The translations under genes were made by a program, and so were the position numbers. Below the pieces are notes generated by a model. The model was not told the origin of the DNA. It did not search any database and saw only the letters and a list, made by a program, of their open reading frames with translations. A stretch of DNA of 64,000 nucleotides from an uncultured Thermoplasmata archaeon (GTDB taxonomy: Archaea > Thermoplasmatota > Thermoplasmata > Lutacidiplasmatales > UBA184), in NCBI GenBank assembly GCA_963708255.1, contig CAVPSE010000002.1, positions 437,842 through 501,841 of the forward strand. The letters run 5' to 3'. This document shows, in pieces, positions 62,179 through 64,000 of this stretch; the first letter of the stretch is position 1, and each line of letters opens with the position of its first letter.

Positions 62179-62804
62179 TTGAGGAGGGCCCTTGCGAAGC
62201 CGCACCTCCGCGTCGCGGGCGTGGATGATGGACCGTTCCGCCGCCGCCAGCGGTACGCCCCTCTGGCGGCGGTCGTCATCTCGACCCCCGACGAGCTGGA
62301 GGGGGTCCGGGTCGGCGCAGTGCGGGTCGACGGGCGGGACGCGACGACGGAGATCGTCCGCCTCCTCCGGTCGACCGATCAGTGGGACGGTGTGCGGGCG
62401 GTCCTCCTCGATGGGGTGGCGTTCGGCGGCTTCAATGTGGTGGACCTCGACCAGCTCCATCGGCGGCTGCGTCGCCCGGTCATCGCGGTGACACGGCGCC
62501 CGCCGGATTTCCGGCGGATCCACGATGCCCTCACGAAGTACTTTCCCCGCGACGCGCGGGCCCGCTGGGCCCGGCTCACCGCCCGGCCCCTGTTCCGGGT
62601 CCCCACCGAAGGCGAGCCGCTCCTCGCGGCGTGCTCGGGATGCACCCGAGCCGAGGCGCTCCAGGTGATCCGCCGTGCCACCCGCCGGGGTACTGGCCCG
62701 AGCCGCTCCGCTGGGCCCGGCCGATCAGCCGCGCCGTCGGCCGGCCGGTCGGTGGGGCGGCCCGCCCCCGGTCCGATCGACGCCGTCGAGCGGCGACTCC
62801 TTAA
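62179..62804 (+). CDS. DUF99-family (endonuclease V-like, UPF0215) protein
   Basis: TTG 62179. LRVAGVDDGPF...VRVDGRDATTEIV...VLLDGVAFGGFNVVDL...PVIAVTRRPPD. Frame break ~62690, then PEPLRWARPISRAV (ORF 62382..62804). Confidence 0.5.
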
Positions 62805-62829
62805 ACCCGGGCCCCCCTCGACGTTCCGC

Positions 62830-62935
62830 GGGCCTGTAGCTTAGCTCGGACCAAGCACCGGCCTTCTAAGCCGGAGAACTCGGGTTCAAAGGCGCCGGCG
62901 TGGGAGCGCCGGAGCGGAAACTCCCGACAGGCCCG
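62830..62935 (+). tRNA. tRNA-Arg (anticodon UCU) with a 31-nt intron in the T-loop (62891-62921, position 59/60)
   Basis: Hand fold. Acceptor GGGCCTG/CAGGCCC. D-stem GCTT/AAGC. Anticodon stem CCGGC/GCCGG with loop CTTCTAA. T-stem TCGGG (62880-84) pairs with CCCGA (62923-27) only after removing 62891-62921. CCTTAAAC lies ~25 nt upstream. Confidence 0.85.
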
Positions 62936-63099
62936 CCTCAGCCGCCCGCAGGGGCGCCGACCCCGCGGAAGCGCCGGGGACCGTCGCCACCCCCGACCCC
63001 GTCAGGTCGATCACGCGCCTCGCGAGGGGCGTGCGGGACACATCGCGGCGGGGAGAGACACGGGTCCCGGAGGGACAGAGAGTCCCCCGGCGCTCCCGG

Positions 63100-64000
63100 T
63101 CAGGCCGAGCCGCCGCTGACCTCGGCCTGGCAGCGGGCGCAGAGGATCGACCCCCGACCGGGCGGCAACGCGTCCCCGCAGAGGGGGCAGGTCGCCCGGG
63201 AGTCGGCCGCCGCCTGGAGCTCCATCACACTCGTCCGGAGGGCGGCGTTCGGCATCGGACCGGACCGCTCGCCGGCTCCGGGGGCCGTGCCGGTCGCGCC
63301 GAACGCGTCGAACCGGGGACGGTAGACCCCCGTCCGCTTGTCGTACGTCGCGAGCCCCCGGGCGGTGAGCCCCTGGAGCGCGGAGCTTCCCATCTCCAGT
63401 ACCCCGCCAAGGATGTGTCCCATCTCCAGGGCCGTCAGCCCATGGGTCTCGACCAGGATCTCCAGGGCCCGGGAGATGGTGATCGGCAGCTCGCCGCGGG
63501 CGACGTACCCGTCGATCGCGAAGGAGATCCGGGAGGAACGGCGGACCCGGCGCTCGAGCCCGAGCCGGCCCGCCCGAGGGTCCTTCTGGAGCGCGTTATC
63601 GATCAGATCGAACTCGAGCCGGTACCGCTCGTCCGCCGTGTAGAGGAGGATGGCGATACAGAAAGGGAGGACCCGGTTCGAACGCGCGAACCGCGCCGCG
63701 AGCCCGATGGGGTCGAGGGCCATCTTCGGTCCGCCGCCCGTCGGGCCGGGACGCGGGGCATCGTACTCGGCCGCGAGCCGAGGGATGTAATGCTCGCGGA
63801 GCAGGACCCGAACGATGGCGCGACGCGAGGGCCCGCGACGTGCGATGGGAACGATCTCGGCGCTCCCGTCCGCGGCGAACTCCAGTCGTTCGAACGGGGT
63901 GATCCACTCCCAGGCGCGGGGGTCCCGGGGCGGGTCGGCGAGGGTGAGTTCGACGGTGTCGAACGTGGTGGAGAGGTCGGCGAGCGCCGCGAGGATGGAC
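63100..64000 (-). CDS. Hypothetical protein, wHTH-like region plus C-terminal CxxC...CxxC zinc ribbon (5' end beyond window)
   Basis: ORF 63100..63723 stays open in the same frame up to the window edge (…ILAALADLSTTFDTVELTLADPPRDPRAWEWITPFERLEF…KMALDPIG…). Ends …TCPLCGDALPPGRGSILCARCQAEV. Confidence 0.35.
   Translation of the reverse strand, partial: SILAALADLSTTFDTVELTLADPPRDPRAWEWITPFERLEFAADGSAEIVPIARRGPSRRAIVRVLLREHYIPRLAAEYDAPRPGPTGGGPKMALDPIGLAARFARSNRVLPFCIAILLYTADERYRLEFDLIDNALQKDPRAGRLGLERRVRRSSRISFAIDGYVARGELPITISRALEILVETHGLTALEMGHILGGVLEMGSSALQGLTARGLATYDKRTGVYRPRFDAFGATGTAPGAGERSGPMPNAALRTSVMELQAAADSRATCPLCGDALPPGRGSILCARCQAEVSGGSA

Noticed and set aside
1-64000. Frameshifts as programmed ribosomal frameshifting or genuine genome decay.
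   Set aside because: They affect dozens of unrelated essential genes, up to 4 per gene. Located sites are short homopolymers rather than slippery heptamers with downstream structures. Neighbouring genes are perfectly intact.

Overview
Very GC-rich archaeal chromosome segment. Archaeal hallmarks present are TFB, PCNA, aIF2-gamma, Cbf5, eS4/eS6/eL19/eL32, PurP, an archaeal-type signal peptidase and class III signal-peptide pilins. It is almost entirely core genome. The minus strand from 60486 down to 44443 carries the full rpl3-to-rpl15 ribosomal protein cluster, followed by secY, a DUF106 gene, cmk and cbf5. The rest is housekeeping metabolism: methylmalonyl-CoA mutase, epimerase and MeaB, enolase, thiolase, acyl-CoA dehydrogenase, NadB, Prs, PurP and phosphopantothenate synthetase. 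There are also tRNA synthetases, two tandem type IV pilin paralogs with a prepilin peptidase 5.4 kb downstream, transporters (ABC, MMPL, aquaporin) and two Cas4/RecB-like PD-(D/E)XK nucleases. I found no CRISPR array, integrase, transposase or recognisable defence island. The most unusual biology is that both tRNA genes (tRNA-Ser GGA and tRNA-Arg UCU) are interrupted inside the T-loop (position 59/60) by 31-33 nt GC-rich introns. Both fold by eye into the same relaxed bulge-helix-bulge architecture. The dominant technical feature is roughly one reading-frame break per kb, by manual tracing. Many breaks fall in indispensable genes (uS19, uL22, uS17, aIF2-gamma, CysRS) and several sit at short homopolymers, so I read them as assembly indels, not pseudogenes. 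Coordinates of frameshifted genes are reconstructed across frames and their internal break points are approximate. Many long ORFs in the supplied track are GC-driven shadow or composite ORFs and were not called.
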